This document shows positions 43,370 to 52,155 of a stretch of DNA of 64,000 nucleotides, in pieces. Numbering within the stretch: position 1 is the stretch's first letter; every line of letters starts with the position of its first letter. The DNA comes from an uncultured Acidobacteriota bacterium (lineage in GTDB: Bacteria > Acidobacteriota > UBA6911). Made by a program: the position numbers and the translations under genes. The stretch spans positions 79,225 to 143,224 of the forward strand of contig CAWHCF010000034.1 of assembly GCA_963827655.1 (NCBI GenBank). The letters are read 5' to 3'. The notes below the pieces were generated by a model. The model made no database searches. It saw only the letters and a program-made list of their open reading frames with translations, and was not told the DNA's origin.

Positions 43370-43389
43370 GGCGGAGCGGGTGGGATTCG
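43370..43389 (-). other. tRNA 3'-end fragment (att-core-like scar)
   Basis: Minus strand CGAATCCCACCCGCTCCGCC resembles the T-arm/acceptor 3' side of a Ser-type tRNA. Confidence 0.5.
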
Positions 43390-43392
43390 GGA

Positions 43393-44289
43393 TTACGATC
43401 GTCCCTGTCGCGCCCCCAAGTGCCGGAGGCGGCCGACGTCCGCGTGAAAGAAGACGCGGTGGATGCGGTTGTCTGCGACGGCAAGCAGAAGCGCTGCGAA
43501 TGGTGTGTTCTGTTCGTAGAAGACGAGCGCCGGCTGGCCGTTGAGCTCGTGTACTTCGGCTTCCAGATCCGAGCTGCGAGCCGTCGCCGCCACGAACGCG
43601 GCGATCTTCGCGGCACCCAGGAGCGGGGCCCGAAGGTTACGAATAGCTCCAACACGCCTGCCTTCAGGGCCGCCGTCTGTGATCATCACGGCGTCTTCGG
43701 CCAGCATGGCGACGAGCGCGTCGAGGTCCCCTGCGTATGCGGCTTGCGTGAACGCCGCGAGCAGGCGCCGGTGCGCTTCAGGCGACGCGGAGAACAAGCG
43801 CTTCTCTGTCGCCACGTTCTGTCGAGCGCGCTCGAGGAGCTTTCGGCAAGCGGGCTCAGTCTTGCCGACCAGCGCCGCGATTTCCTTGTAATCGAAGTCG
43901 AAGACGTCGCGGAGGAGCAACACCGCACGTTCGGCGGGCGTCAAGCGCTGGAGCACTACCAGGAACGCCATCGAGACCTGGTCGAGCATCTCGACGCGGC
44001 CGATGCCTCCTTCGTCGAGATCAACGGGCTCTGGCAGCCGGTCGCTGCGACTCTCCTCCCGGCGCGTTTTCGCCGAATCGAGCTCGTTGAAGCACAGGCG
44101 CGTCACGAGCGTCACCAGATAGGCGCGCGGAGAGTCCACCTCCACGTGACGACCGTTCCAGCGAAGCCACGCCTCCTGCACCATATCTTCCGCGCGCCCG
44201 AGATCGCCGAGCATGCGGTAAGCATGCGCCACAAGTAGCGCCCGATGCGATTCGAAGGTGGCGAGATCTGCGGCAGTCGACCGGTCCAT
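43393..44289 (-). CDS. ECF41/SigJ-like sigma factor with C-terminal SnoaL-like extension
   Basis: AYRMLG..AEDMVQEAW, LPEP, LTPAERAV.LLRDVF, DGG, NGQP motifs. Confidence 0.88.
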   Translation of the reverse strand: MDRSTAADLATFESHRALLVAHAYRMLGDLGRAEDMVQEAWLRWNGRHVEVDSPRAYLVTLVTRLCFNELDSAKTRREESRSDRLPEPVDLDEGGIGRVEMLDQVSMAFLVVLQRLTPAERAVLLLRDVFDFDYKEIAALVGKTEPACRKLLERARQNVATEKRLFSASPEAHRRLLAAFTQAAYAGDLDALVAMLAEDAVMITDGGPEGRRVGAIRNLRAPLLGAAKIAAFVAATARSSDLEAEVHELNGQPALVFYEQNTPFAALLLAVADNRIHRVFFHADVGRLRHLGARQGRS

Positions 44290-44720
44290 CAGAACGGTTT
44301 TACCTCCATCAGTACAGTAATGGCAACGATGAGCGCGCACATTCCATACGCGATCCGCTCGACCCGACGAAGGACAATGGCTCCGTCGTTTTCTTTGGCG
44401 AGCCCCGAGCGAACCGCCCGGCGCGCCTCTCCGTGTAACACACCAGTCGCGACAAGGAGCAACGCCGATCCGCGAAACCACCAAGCCACACGAAATGCCC
44501 CGCCCGCCGCTAGATCCAGGAGAACGCCGGTCACCAGCATTGCTGCGAGACTGAACGCTGAGTAACGGAGCAAAGGGCCGAACCACGCCGAACCGTCCAT
44601 CGAGCCGCGACCGACTCTCCGGGCCGTAGCTGCCACTACGGCGATCGACGCGATCGAGCCGAGACCCAGGACCGCCACCAGGACGTGCGCTACCAGCACG
44701 GGAGTGTAAAGACTGCTCAC
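44289..44720 (-). CDS. Small membrane protein
   Basis: Four hydrophobic segments ending LMEVKPF; overlapping start/stop codons with both neighbours. Confidence 0.7.
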   Translation of the reverse strand: MSSLYTPVLVAHVLVAVLGLGSIASIAVVAATARRVGRGSMDGSAWFGPLLRYSAFSLAAMLVTGVLLDLAAGGAFRVAWWFRGSALLLVATGVLHGEARRAVRSGLAKENDGAIVLRRVERIAYGMCALIVAITVLMEVKPF

Positions 44721-45349
44721 GACGCCACCCCCAATGCGTGCCCCAAGCCGACGATTTCGGTGAGATGCGTTCGATGCTCGACCGCATCCAGCATGAACGC
44801 CGCGACCGATCGGTACGATATCGCCCAGCTTCCCGGCGGTAGCGCGTCTCGAAGCGCGCGGAAGCTCACATCGGGAGATTTCTTCAAGCGAGGCGGCCGG
44901 GCAATGGTCCATTCGAGGCCGCTAGTCTGCACGATGTTCTCCATTGCGTAGAGGTCGCGTGCGTGATGTCTGAGAAGCCATCGAAAGAATGCGAAGTAGA
45001 GACCCTTTTCTGGGAACAGCACGGCAGCGGAAACAATGGCGAGACGAGCGATGCCCCTCGCGGTCATCGCGTTCACGGTCGCGCGCGCGCAATCGGCAAG
45101 CAGCGTACTCGGGCGCAGCGCGTCCGGCGGATGGGGGCCGATCGCTGACAGCACCGCGTCATGGCCAGGCAGTGCGGCCGCGATCGATTCCGGGCGGCGC
45201 GGATCGCCACGGACGACCGTCAGCGAACCGGCCGGTTTGAGCTTTTCAGGCGACCGGACGAACGCGGTGACCTTGTGGCCTCGCGTGCGCGCGAGGTCCA
45301 GCAGCTCCGTGCCCGTTCTTCCGTTGGCGCCGAGCACAAATAGTCTCAT
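44717..45349 (-). CDS. NAD(P)H-binding flavin reductase-like protein
   Basis: VLGANGRTG, FVRSP, WTIARPPRL; RBS AAGGAGG. Confidence 0.85.
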   Translation of the reverse strand: MRLFVLGANGRTGTELLDLARTRGHKVTAFVRSPEKLKPAGSLTVVRGDPRRPESIAAALPGHDAVLSAIGPHPPDALRPSTLLADCARATVNAMTARGIARLAIVSAAVLFPEKGLYFAFFRWLLRHHARDLYAMENIVQTSGLEWTIARPPRLKKSPDVSFRALRDALPPGSWAISYRSVAAFMLDAVEHRTHLTEIVGLGHALGVAS

Positions 45350-45493
45350 GTGGGGACCCTCCTTTAAAGAGTCTTCTGGTCTTTCGCTCACAAATCCCGG
45401 CAAGAACCGCGACCGGGCCACTCGAATCGCTTCCTCCAGCTGGGCCGAGTTTCCTCTTGGGCCCAGCCGAAACAGATGCCATTCATCCGTTAA

Positions 45494-45520
45494 GACCGAA
45501 TAGCCCGGTAAGTTGTGACA
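45494..45520 (-). promoter_or_regulatory. ECF41-type promoter
   Basis: TGTCACA-N16-GGTC, close to the ECF41 motif TGTCACA-N16-CGTC, upstream of the operon containing the sigma factor. Confidence 0.6.
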
Positions 45521-45880
45521 TGGCGTTCCGGAATATTGCGCAAACTCAGCCGAACACCGGATAGAAGTTCAGGACGCCCGGGGTGGGCGAAGAGATGATT
45601 CTTGAAGGCAACGCATTCGTGGAGGGGGTTCTTCCTGTGGCCCGGAGGCTCAAATCAGTGCCCTCACCCTCGCGGATTAACCCCTGCCTTGTCGCCTTGT
45701 GTTTACCGATCGGATCTAGACCATTTGGTCTTGTAAAGGGCAAACCATCGAAGTGAGCCGACGGGGCGCCACGCCCTACTGGAGTTCCGAGACCGTTGGC
45801 AGGCAAAGCCGATTAAAGCAAGACCAGCGAGGATGTTGTAGTATCTCACTTCGACTTTAATCCTGACAATGGAGGACAAA

Positions 45881-46283
45881 ATGGCAGAGACAGTCCGGAC
45901 AGTCTATCGAAACCCCTGACAAGCCTGGAGAGGCGGCACGGGTGCTTTCGGCGCTTCGCGACGCGGGAGTGAATCTTCTTGCCTTTACCGCTTTCCCACA
46001 CGGTCGAAAGTCTCAGCTGGATTTCATTCCAGAGGATGTGGTGACATTTAAGACAGCCGCCAAGAGCGCCGGGCTCAAGCTAAGTCCGAAGAAGACAGGC
46101 TTCTTGATCCAGGGAGAGGATCGACCGGGCGCCATAGCTGAGATACTGGAGAAGCTCGCTTCTGCAAGAATCAATGTCACTGCGACCGATGCGGTTTGCA
46201 GTGGGGGAGGACGATACGGGGCGATTCTGTGGGTAAAACAGCCTGACTTGGTTAAGGCGGCGAAGGCCCTCGGGGCCTCGTAG
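45881..46283 (+). pseudogene. ACT-domain protein, frameshifted near the start
   Basis: PDKPGEAARVL..GVNL and EDRPGAIAEIL..ARINV repeats. Confidence 0.7.
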
Positions 46284-46318
46284 GTGATCGTGTTATTCCG
46301 CAGCGGAGAAGCGCATAC

Positions 46319-46750
46319 ATGAAAACGATGGCTCCGAACGAATGGCGTGCCTTCTTGGAATCAGGCACGCGCACGGCTAAGCTTGCGACCCGCCGTCCTG
46401 ACGGCCGCCCCCACGTAGCACCGATATGGTTCATACTGGACGGCCATGAGCTTGTTTTCACGACCGGACGCGATTCGGTGAAGGGCCGGAACATGCGGCA
46501 GGATCCACGCGTCATGCTCAGCGTCGATGACGAACTGCCGCCATTCGCCTTCGTCTTGATCGAAGGTTCGGCCGTCCTTCGCGAGCCTTTGGTGGAGGAG
46601 CTGCTGCCCTGGACTACCCGGATCGCAAAACGATACATGGGAGCAGAGCAGGCCGGAGCTTACGGAAGACGTAATGCCGAGGAGGGCGAGCTACTAGTTC
46701 GAGTGCCACTCTCGAAGGTCACCGCGCGAAAAGGGATCGCCGATTGGTAG
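46319..46750 (+). CDS. PPOX-class (split barrel) F420/FMN-dependent oxidoreductase
   Basis: LATRRPDGRPHVAPIWF, KGRNMRQDPRV. Confidence 0.88.
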   Translation: MKTMAPNEWRAFLESGTRTAKLATRRPDGRPHVAPIWFILDGHELVFTTGRDSVKGRNMRQDPRVMLSVDDELPPFAFVLIEGSAVLREPLVEELLPWTTRIAKRYMGAEQAGAYGRRNAEEGELLVRVPLSKVTARKGIADW

Positions 46751-47188
46751 AGCCGAAGCCGTATCTTAAAAAACAGGATTGAGCGGCTGTCGGGCAAGGC
46801 CCAGCTTGATGGCCGTCGCAAGTTGGAGTTGGTCTGGTCAACCGCGATGTTGAGCTCGCGGTCGCAGGACCCGTTGCTCATTCTGGGATTTTCATGACTC
46901 CTTCGTCCAATCGCTGAATTGTAACGCTAGATGATGGCCCTCTCCGTCTCGTGGTTCTTAGCAGCGGTTGAAAACAGAGCCCAGTTTCAGTACGACAATT
47001 GGGGAGCCAGTGGTGGTTTTTGTGGGTTCTCACTTTCCGGTAATCCGACAAGTTGTCCACTTAGCCGGATTCGTAAAGAAAGCGGCGTTAGTCGGGATCG
47101 AGAGGTTCGCGTTCGGAACGTGTTTCTAGCGTGGGCGTTGGGCATCTTTTGTTGATTAATGAGATATGTGCCAAGAAAGGAGAGCATC

Positions 47189-47905
47189 ATGGCTGAAATA
47201 CCAAGATTTGAAGCAAGAACTGTTGTTCTCGTCCACGGTGGCTTCGTGGACGGCTCCGGTTGGGAAGGCGTCTATAAGATCCTGAGGAAGGACGGCTACG
47301 AGGTCAGCATCGTTCAGAATCCGACGATATCGCTGGCCGACGATGTCGCCGCAACCAAGCGCATTATCGCCGTACAAAATGGCCCAGTGATTCTCGTCGG
47401 CCACTCCTACGGCGGAGCGGTGATCACCGAAGCCGGCAACGATCCAAAAGTCGCGGGACTTGTCTACATCACCGCATTTGCCCCGGACAAGGGCGAGTCG
47501 GTGTCCACGCTTATCAAGAATCCACCGCCGGGCGCGCCTGTGCCGCCGATACTGCCGCCGCAGGACGGCTATCTATTCCTCGACAAGGCGAAGTTCCCCG
47601 CCTCATTCGCGGCTGACGTGGACAGCGAAAGGGCTAGGTTCATGGCAGACTCCCAGGTTCCATGGGGCGTGGACGCGCTCAGCGGCACGATCAGCGAGCC
47701 GGCTTGGAAGACCAAGCCGAGCTGGTACCTGGTTGCCACCGACGACAAGATGATCCCACCGCCGGCCCAGTGCTTCATGTCCAAGCGCGCGGGTTCGACT
47801 GTGGTCGAGGTCGCAGGCAGTCACGCGATCTACATGTCGCAGCCGAACGCGGTAGCCGCGCTCATCGAAAAGGCCGCAGGGCAAGTGAAGGCGGCGTCGA
47901 GGTAA
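47189..47905 (+). CDS. Alpha/beta hydrolase
   Basis: VHGGF, GHSYGG, DDKMIP, GSHA. Confidence 0.9.
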   Translation: MAEIPRFEARTVVLVHGGFVDGSGWEGVYKILRKDGYEVSIVQNPTISLADDVAATKRIIAVQNGPVILVGHSYGGAVITEAGNDPKVAGLVYITAFAPDKGESVSTLIKNPPPGAPVPPILPPQDGYLFLDKAKFPASFAADVDSERARFMADSQVPWGVDALSGTISEPAWKTKPSWYLVATDDKMIPPPAQCFMSKRAGSTVVEVAGSHAIYMSQPNAVAALIEKAAGQVKAASR

Positions 47906-47990
47906 GTCTGGCGAACGAGGGGAAGGCGACTTGTTCTGGTGACGCGTGGCATCAAACCCTCGATGCGTCGAATCGGTTCGTCACAGCGAT

Positions 47991-48076
47991 GCCCAACAAG
48001 CGCTTGCAGCCTACTCGCCTGTACGGACCTTCTTTGGTTAGTTGAGTGTGCGAGCAGCTGAAGCGCAGCGTTAGGG
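47991..48076 (+). other. Integron attC site
   Basis: GCCCAAC-AAGCGCTTGCAGC...GCTGAAGCGC-AGC-GTTAGGG. Confidence 0.8.
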
Positions 48077-48255
48077 TTTGACATCCAGAACCATTTCGGG
48101 CAGGAACCGTCAAGTTTGGACTCGCCGAAACAAGGGGAACCCTCGGTCGGCCGCTCGTGTTGCCTCGGCCTGCCCGGCCACATAAATGGCGTCCTCCCTT
48201 TAAAACGTCGCTGTCTCGCCGCTCGCCACATTCAGGAGCGCGTGAATCGACTGCT

Positions 48256-49011
48256 CTAAAGCGTCGCCATACCGCCGTCGATGATGAGTTCTGCGCCCAA
48301 GACGAACGCGGATTCGGGTGCCGTCAAATAAAGTACTCCGGCGGCGATCTCCTCCGGCGTACCAAAGCGTTTGATAGGGACTTGGCTTTGAATCCAATCT
48401 TTGATTTCTTGCACCTTCTCCTGGCTCATCCCGTCTCGCCCGAGAAGCGCTGAGGTGATCGGACCCGGGCTGACGGCATTGACCCGAATCCCTTTTTCCA
48501 ACAGATCTCTGGAGAATGTTTTGGCCATGTTGATAACGGCCGCTTTGGTCGCGCCGTACACCGTGGTGCCCGGCATGCCCAGGTGCGCGTTGATCGAGGC
48601 ATTGAGCACGATTGCCGAGCCTTTAGACATCAGCGGGATTGCTTTCTGGACGGTAAAAAAGACTCCCTTCATGTTGATGTTGACCGTCTCATCAAAGAAC
48701 TCTTCGGTGACCTCTTCGAAGGGGATAAGCTTCGCAACGCCGGCGTTAACGAACATGGCATCAATACGTCCGAAACGTTCTTTGATTTTCTTCATTGCGG
48801 TTTCGATTTCTGCCACCTTACCAGCGTCCGATTGGATGGCGAGGGTTCCATCGCCGATTTCTTTGGCGGCAGCCTCCAACGTCTTCTCGTTCCGTCCGGT
48901 GATTGCCACCTGCGCACCTTCCCGTGCGTAGGCTTTAGCAACACCTAAACCAATTCCACTGTTGCCGCCCGTGACAACGGCAACTTTGCCCTGAAATCGC
49001 TGTGCGGTCAT
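48256..49011 (-). CDS. Short-chain dehydrogenase/reductase
   Basis: [16 protein letters not shown]. Confidence 0.93.
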   Translation of the reverse strand: MTAQRFQGKVAVVTGGNSGIGLGVAKAYAREGAQVAITGRNEKTLEAAAKEIGDGTLAIQSDAGKVAEIETAMKKIKERFGRIDAMFVNAGVAKLIPFEEVTEEFFDETVNINMKGVFFTVQKAIPLMSKGSAIVLNASINAHLGMPGTTVYGATKAAVINMAKTFSRDLLEKGIRVNAVSPGPITSALLGRDGMSQEKVQEIKDWIQSQVPIKRFGTPEEIAAGVLYLTAPESAFVLGAELIIDGGMATL

Positions 49012-49125
49012 ATACGCTCCTTCTGCCCTGACTCAGACGTTCACAATCGATGTTAACGAAGACCACTGAGAAGGAACATATCACTCCTTGTTCTCAAAGC
49101 GGTCCAACCTCGTTTGGGGCCGGAA

Positions 49126-49911
49126 TCAAACCGTCGGCACGGTGCCGCCATCAATCATGTATTCTGTGCCGGTAATCGAGGCCGCACGAGTGGAGGCAAG
49201 AAAGGCGATTAGGTCTGCTACCTCCCGCGGTTTCGCCGGGCGACCGATCGGAATACCGCCGAGAGAGTCCATTAAGGATTGGCGAGCGCCGTCATAATCG
49301 ATGCCTTTGCTTGCAGCCAACTCGTTCACCAAGCCGACAGCCGCTTCTGTTTCGACCCACCCCGGAGAAACGCGGACAACGCGAATCCCCTTCGGGCTCA
49401 CCTCTTTGGATAAACCCTTGCTGTAATTTGCGAGCGCGGCCTTCGCCGCAGCGTAGGCCAGCGTGGCGTCGTGCAACGGCATTACGCTCTGTATCGAGGT
49501 AACATGAATAATCACTCCGGAGCCCTGGTTGAGCATCGAGGGCAAGAGCGCCCGGTCAAGCCGAACCGCTGCTAGCAAATTCAATGCCAGCGCACGATTC
49601 CACTCGGCATCATCAAGTGCGGCGAACCCACCGCCAGGAGCCGACGATCCTCCAACGACATGAACGATGATGTCGATCCCCCCAAGCCGTTTCAGAACGG
49701 CATCGGCCACCGCCGCGCAGCCATCTGCCGAGGTGACATCCGCGGCCACAAATAAATCGCTATCGGCGCTATCGCCGGACGGCCCGCGTGCTGTTGTGAG
49801 GACCTTCGCACCGTATTCACGTAATCTGGTAGCTACCGCCTGGCCGATCCCTTTCGTGCCGCCTGTTACAAGAGCCCGTTTGCCGTCGAATTCGCCACTG
49901 GCTGTCATCAC
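49126..49911 (-). CDS. Short-chain dehydrogenase/reductase
   Basis: [13 protein letters not shown]. Confidence 0.93.
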   Translation of the reverse strand: MMTASGEFDGKRALVTGGTKGIGQAVATRLREYGAKVLTTARGPSGDSADSDLFVAADVTSADGCAAVADAVLKRLGGIDIIVHVVGGSSAPGGGFAALDDAEWNRALALNLLAAVRLDRALLPSMLNQGSGVIIHVTSIQSVMPLHDATLAYAAAKAALANYSKGLSKEVSPKGIRVVRVSPGWVETEAAVGLVNELAASKGIDYDGARQSLMDSLGGIPIGRPAKPREVADLIAFLASTRAASITGTEYMIDGGTVPTV

Positions 49912-50145
49912 TTGATCTCCAAGGATCGAATCTTTCCGGCGTCGACGGTGAAGATTAACTCAAGGTCGACAGGGCTGCCAGGGAAATTCCCCGTTAACCG
50001 CGCGGTAACGACAGGCGTGCCGTATGCTTCGACCCTCGTCCTGCACAATTGCATCTTCGGCGAAGCATCGAGACATCGCGTCCTTATCCCTTTGTTCCTC
50101 GGCGGAGAAGAAGTCCGCAATCGGTTGAGCAAGTTCAGGATTCAC
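49908..50145 (-). pseudogene. SnoaL-like protein, internally deleted
   Basis: CFAEDAIVQDEG and GNFPGSPVDL..IRSLEI lie in different frames. Confidence 0.7.
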
Positions 50146-50273
50146 TTTGAAGTCCTCTCTGGCGCTCGCCAGAGGAAAAGGGAGCAAGCGGAGCTGACAC
50201 CGACGTCAGCGGCATCGTAGCGAATGCCGCCCGGCCGAAGCGCTCGAGGATCGGCCCGATACACTCCTTGGCC

Positions 50274-50545
50274 TCATGGCTCATCTGGAATCTCCGCCTC
50301 GACCAGCTTCGCCAAAAGGGCCAATGACTCTTGCCAACCAAGATAACAAGCCTCGGCCGGAATCACATCGGGGACGCCTTCCTGAGTGATGTTGACCTCA
50401 GTCCCGCAAGACACCTTCTTAAAGGTGACAGTCACCTGCATCTCGCCGGGCAGATTCGGATCGTCGAACTTGTCGGTGTGGCGAATTCGCTCGTGCGGCG
50501 CCAATTCGAGATATTGCCCGCCGAACGAGTGGCTCTTGCCCGTCA
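50274..50545 (-). pseudogene. SRPBCC/AHSA1-like protein, C-terminal part
   Basis: HSFGGQYLEL..FDDPNLPGEM..CYLGWQESL. Confidence 0.75.
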
Positions 50546-50717
50546 TTGGTAAGTCGATCGGCACATCGCCAGATCGACATCTCTTGACTCTGCCAATAAT
50601 AATAAAGCGTGTTCCCCAGTAACAAACCGTGATCCCTAATACAAACGGGTGTTCCTGTGCAACAACTGTTCAATTCGCTGACTATAAGGAATCGTCGCAA
50701 AGGACCACAGAAATGAT

Positions 50718-51707
50718 TCAACATCTGGTACTAGTGGAGTCCGTATGGGAGCAATATATCGTTGTGACACCTTCGGGCAGAGTCACAAATGAGTCTGGAT
50801 CGAGATTGGCTTCAATAAGAGCAGTTGCGAGATCTCGCACCGGCGCATCAATTTCTTCTTCCGTCAGTTGAAATGTTCCAAAATGAATGCCAATCGATTG
50901 GCGTGATTCTAAATCTAGATGCGCCTGAACAGCCTCGGCCGGATTCATGTGAAACGATTTCATGAACCATCGGGGCTCGTATGCTCCGATGGGTAGGAGA
51001 GCAATATCGGTAGGACCGAAGCGATCAAGTATCTCCTTGAAGTGAGCCGAATAACCGGAGTCTCCGCCGAAATAAATCAAGCGCCCACGGAATCCGATCA
51101 TATAACTCCCCCAGAGGGTCTTGTTACGATCAAACAGCCCTCGAGCGGAAAAATGTTGGGTTGGAGTGAACGTAATCGAACTTGTTGGATTCACTACGGT
51201 TGTATTCCACCAATCCATTTCCTCGACTTTGTCAATCCCTTCAGACTTCAAACGTGTCCTGTCGCCAAGAGGGGCAAGCATTCGCGGTGAAAAGCGTTGA
51301 TTCAGTCTTTTTAAAGTCGTCAGATCCATGTGATCGTAATGATTGTGACTGATGAGCACCAAATCGATTTTAGGCAAAGAGTCGAAATCAATCCCGGGCT
51401 CACGTACTCTTTTCGGGCCGCTCCAACTCACGGGACTAACACGCTTAGACCAGACCGGATCGGTGAGAATGTTTAGCTCCGGCAACTGAATCAAAACCGT
51501 TGCGTGATTGATGAATGTAATGGCAATTTGATCGGACCTTAACTCGCAATTTAGATTGAGAACTGGCTTATTTTCGACGAAATCGGGCCATTTTTTGAAT
51601 CGCAAGCTTGTGAGCATTTTGACGCTTTTCCATAAGCCAGGCTCTTCACTTCTATTTGGATTGAAAAACTTTTGGCCGTCATGGTGATCAGAGAGCGAAT
51701 ATTTCAT
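50718..51707 (-). CDS. MBL-fold metallo-hydrolase (RomA/NAPE-PLD-like)
   Basis: LTDPVWS, SHNHYDH, GDSGY, PIGAYEPRWF, HFGTF; visibly AT-richer. Confidence 0.9.
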   Translation of the reverse strand: MKYSLSDHHDGQKFFNPNRSEEPGLWKSVKMLTSLRFKKWPDFVENKPVLNLNCELRSDQIAITFINHATVLIQLPELNILTDPVWSKRVSPVSWSGPKRVREPGIDFDSLPKIDLVLISHNHYDHMDLTTLKRLNQRFSPRMLAPLGDRTRLKSEGIDKVEEMDWWNTTVVNPTSSITFTPTQHFSARGLFDRNKTLWGSYMIGFRGRLIYFGGDSGYSAHFKEILDRFGPTDIALLPIGAYEPRWFMKSFHMNPAEAVQAHLDLESRQSIGIHFGTFQLTEEEIDAPVRDLATALIEANLDPDSFVTLPEGVTTIYCSHTDSTSTRC

Positions 51708-51725
51708 TGTGTGCCGTGTCCGCAG

Positions 51726-52050
51726 TTAAAGATTCTGGCAGCAGATTTTGATAGCTGCCTTCATCCGTTCCCGGAATTCCTCGCGTGAGCCTAACTCAAG
51801 CTTCCAACCGAATCCACAGGCAAAAAGCGTCTGCACAATTTCAGAAGCTAATTTAACCTGTTTACCTCTTCGCTGGTTGGAAGACGACTCACTGATAATC
51901 TTTACCATTGTTTTCTGAAATGAAGCCCTGTATTCATCAATCGTATCTCCGAGCATCAATCGGCTTTGTTCGATTATGTCGGAGGTCTCCATATGAAACC
52001 AACCAGCGTGCCGGCCAAACCATTCATCTAAAGCATCCAACACTTGGTAT
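51726..52050 (-). pseudogene. TetR-like regulator C-terminal fragment (tentative)
   Basis: Helical C-terminus upstream of the MBL gene; no HTH or start seen. Confidence 0.35.
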
Positions 52051-52155
52051 GTCGCCACGTCCGCTGATCGTGTGGGTGGGACCATCCTGCTCATGCCCAT
52101 CCTGCTCGTGCGGCAACCGCGCAAGAACGCGCATAACGCGTGCTAAAATAATCGC

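Noticed and set aside
43393-44787. 464-aa extended sigma factor ORF
   Set aside because: The extension overlaps a separate membrane-protein gene; the sigma factor starts at 44289.
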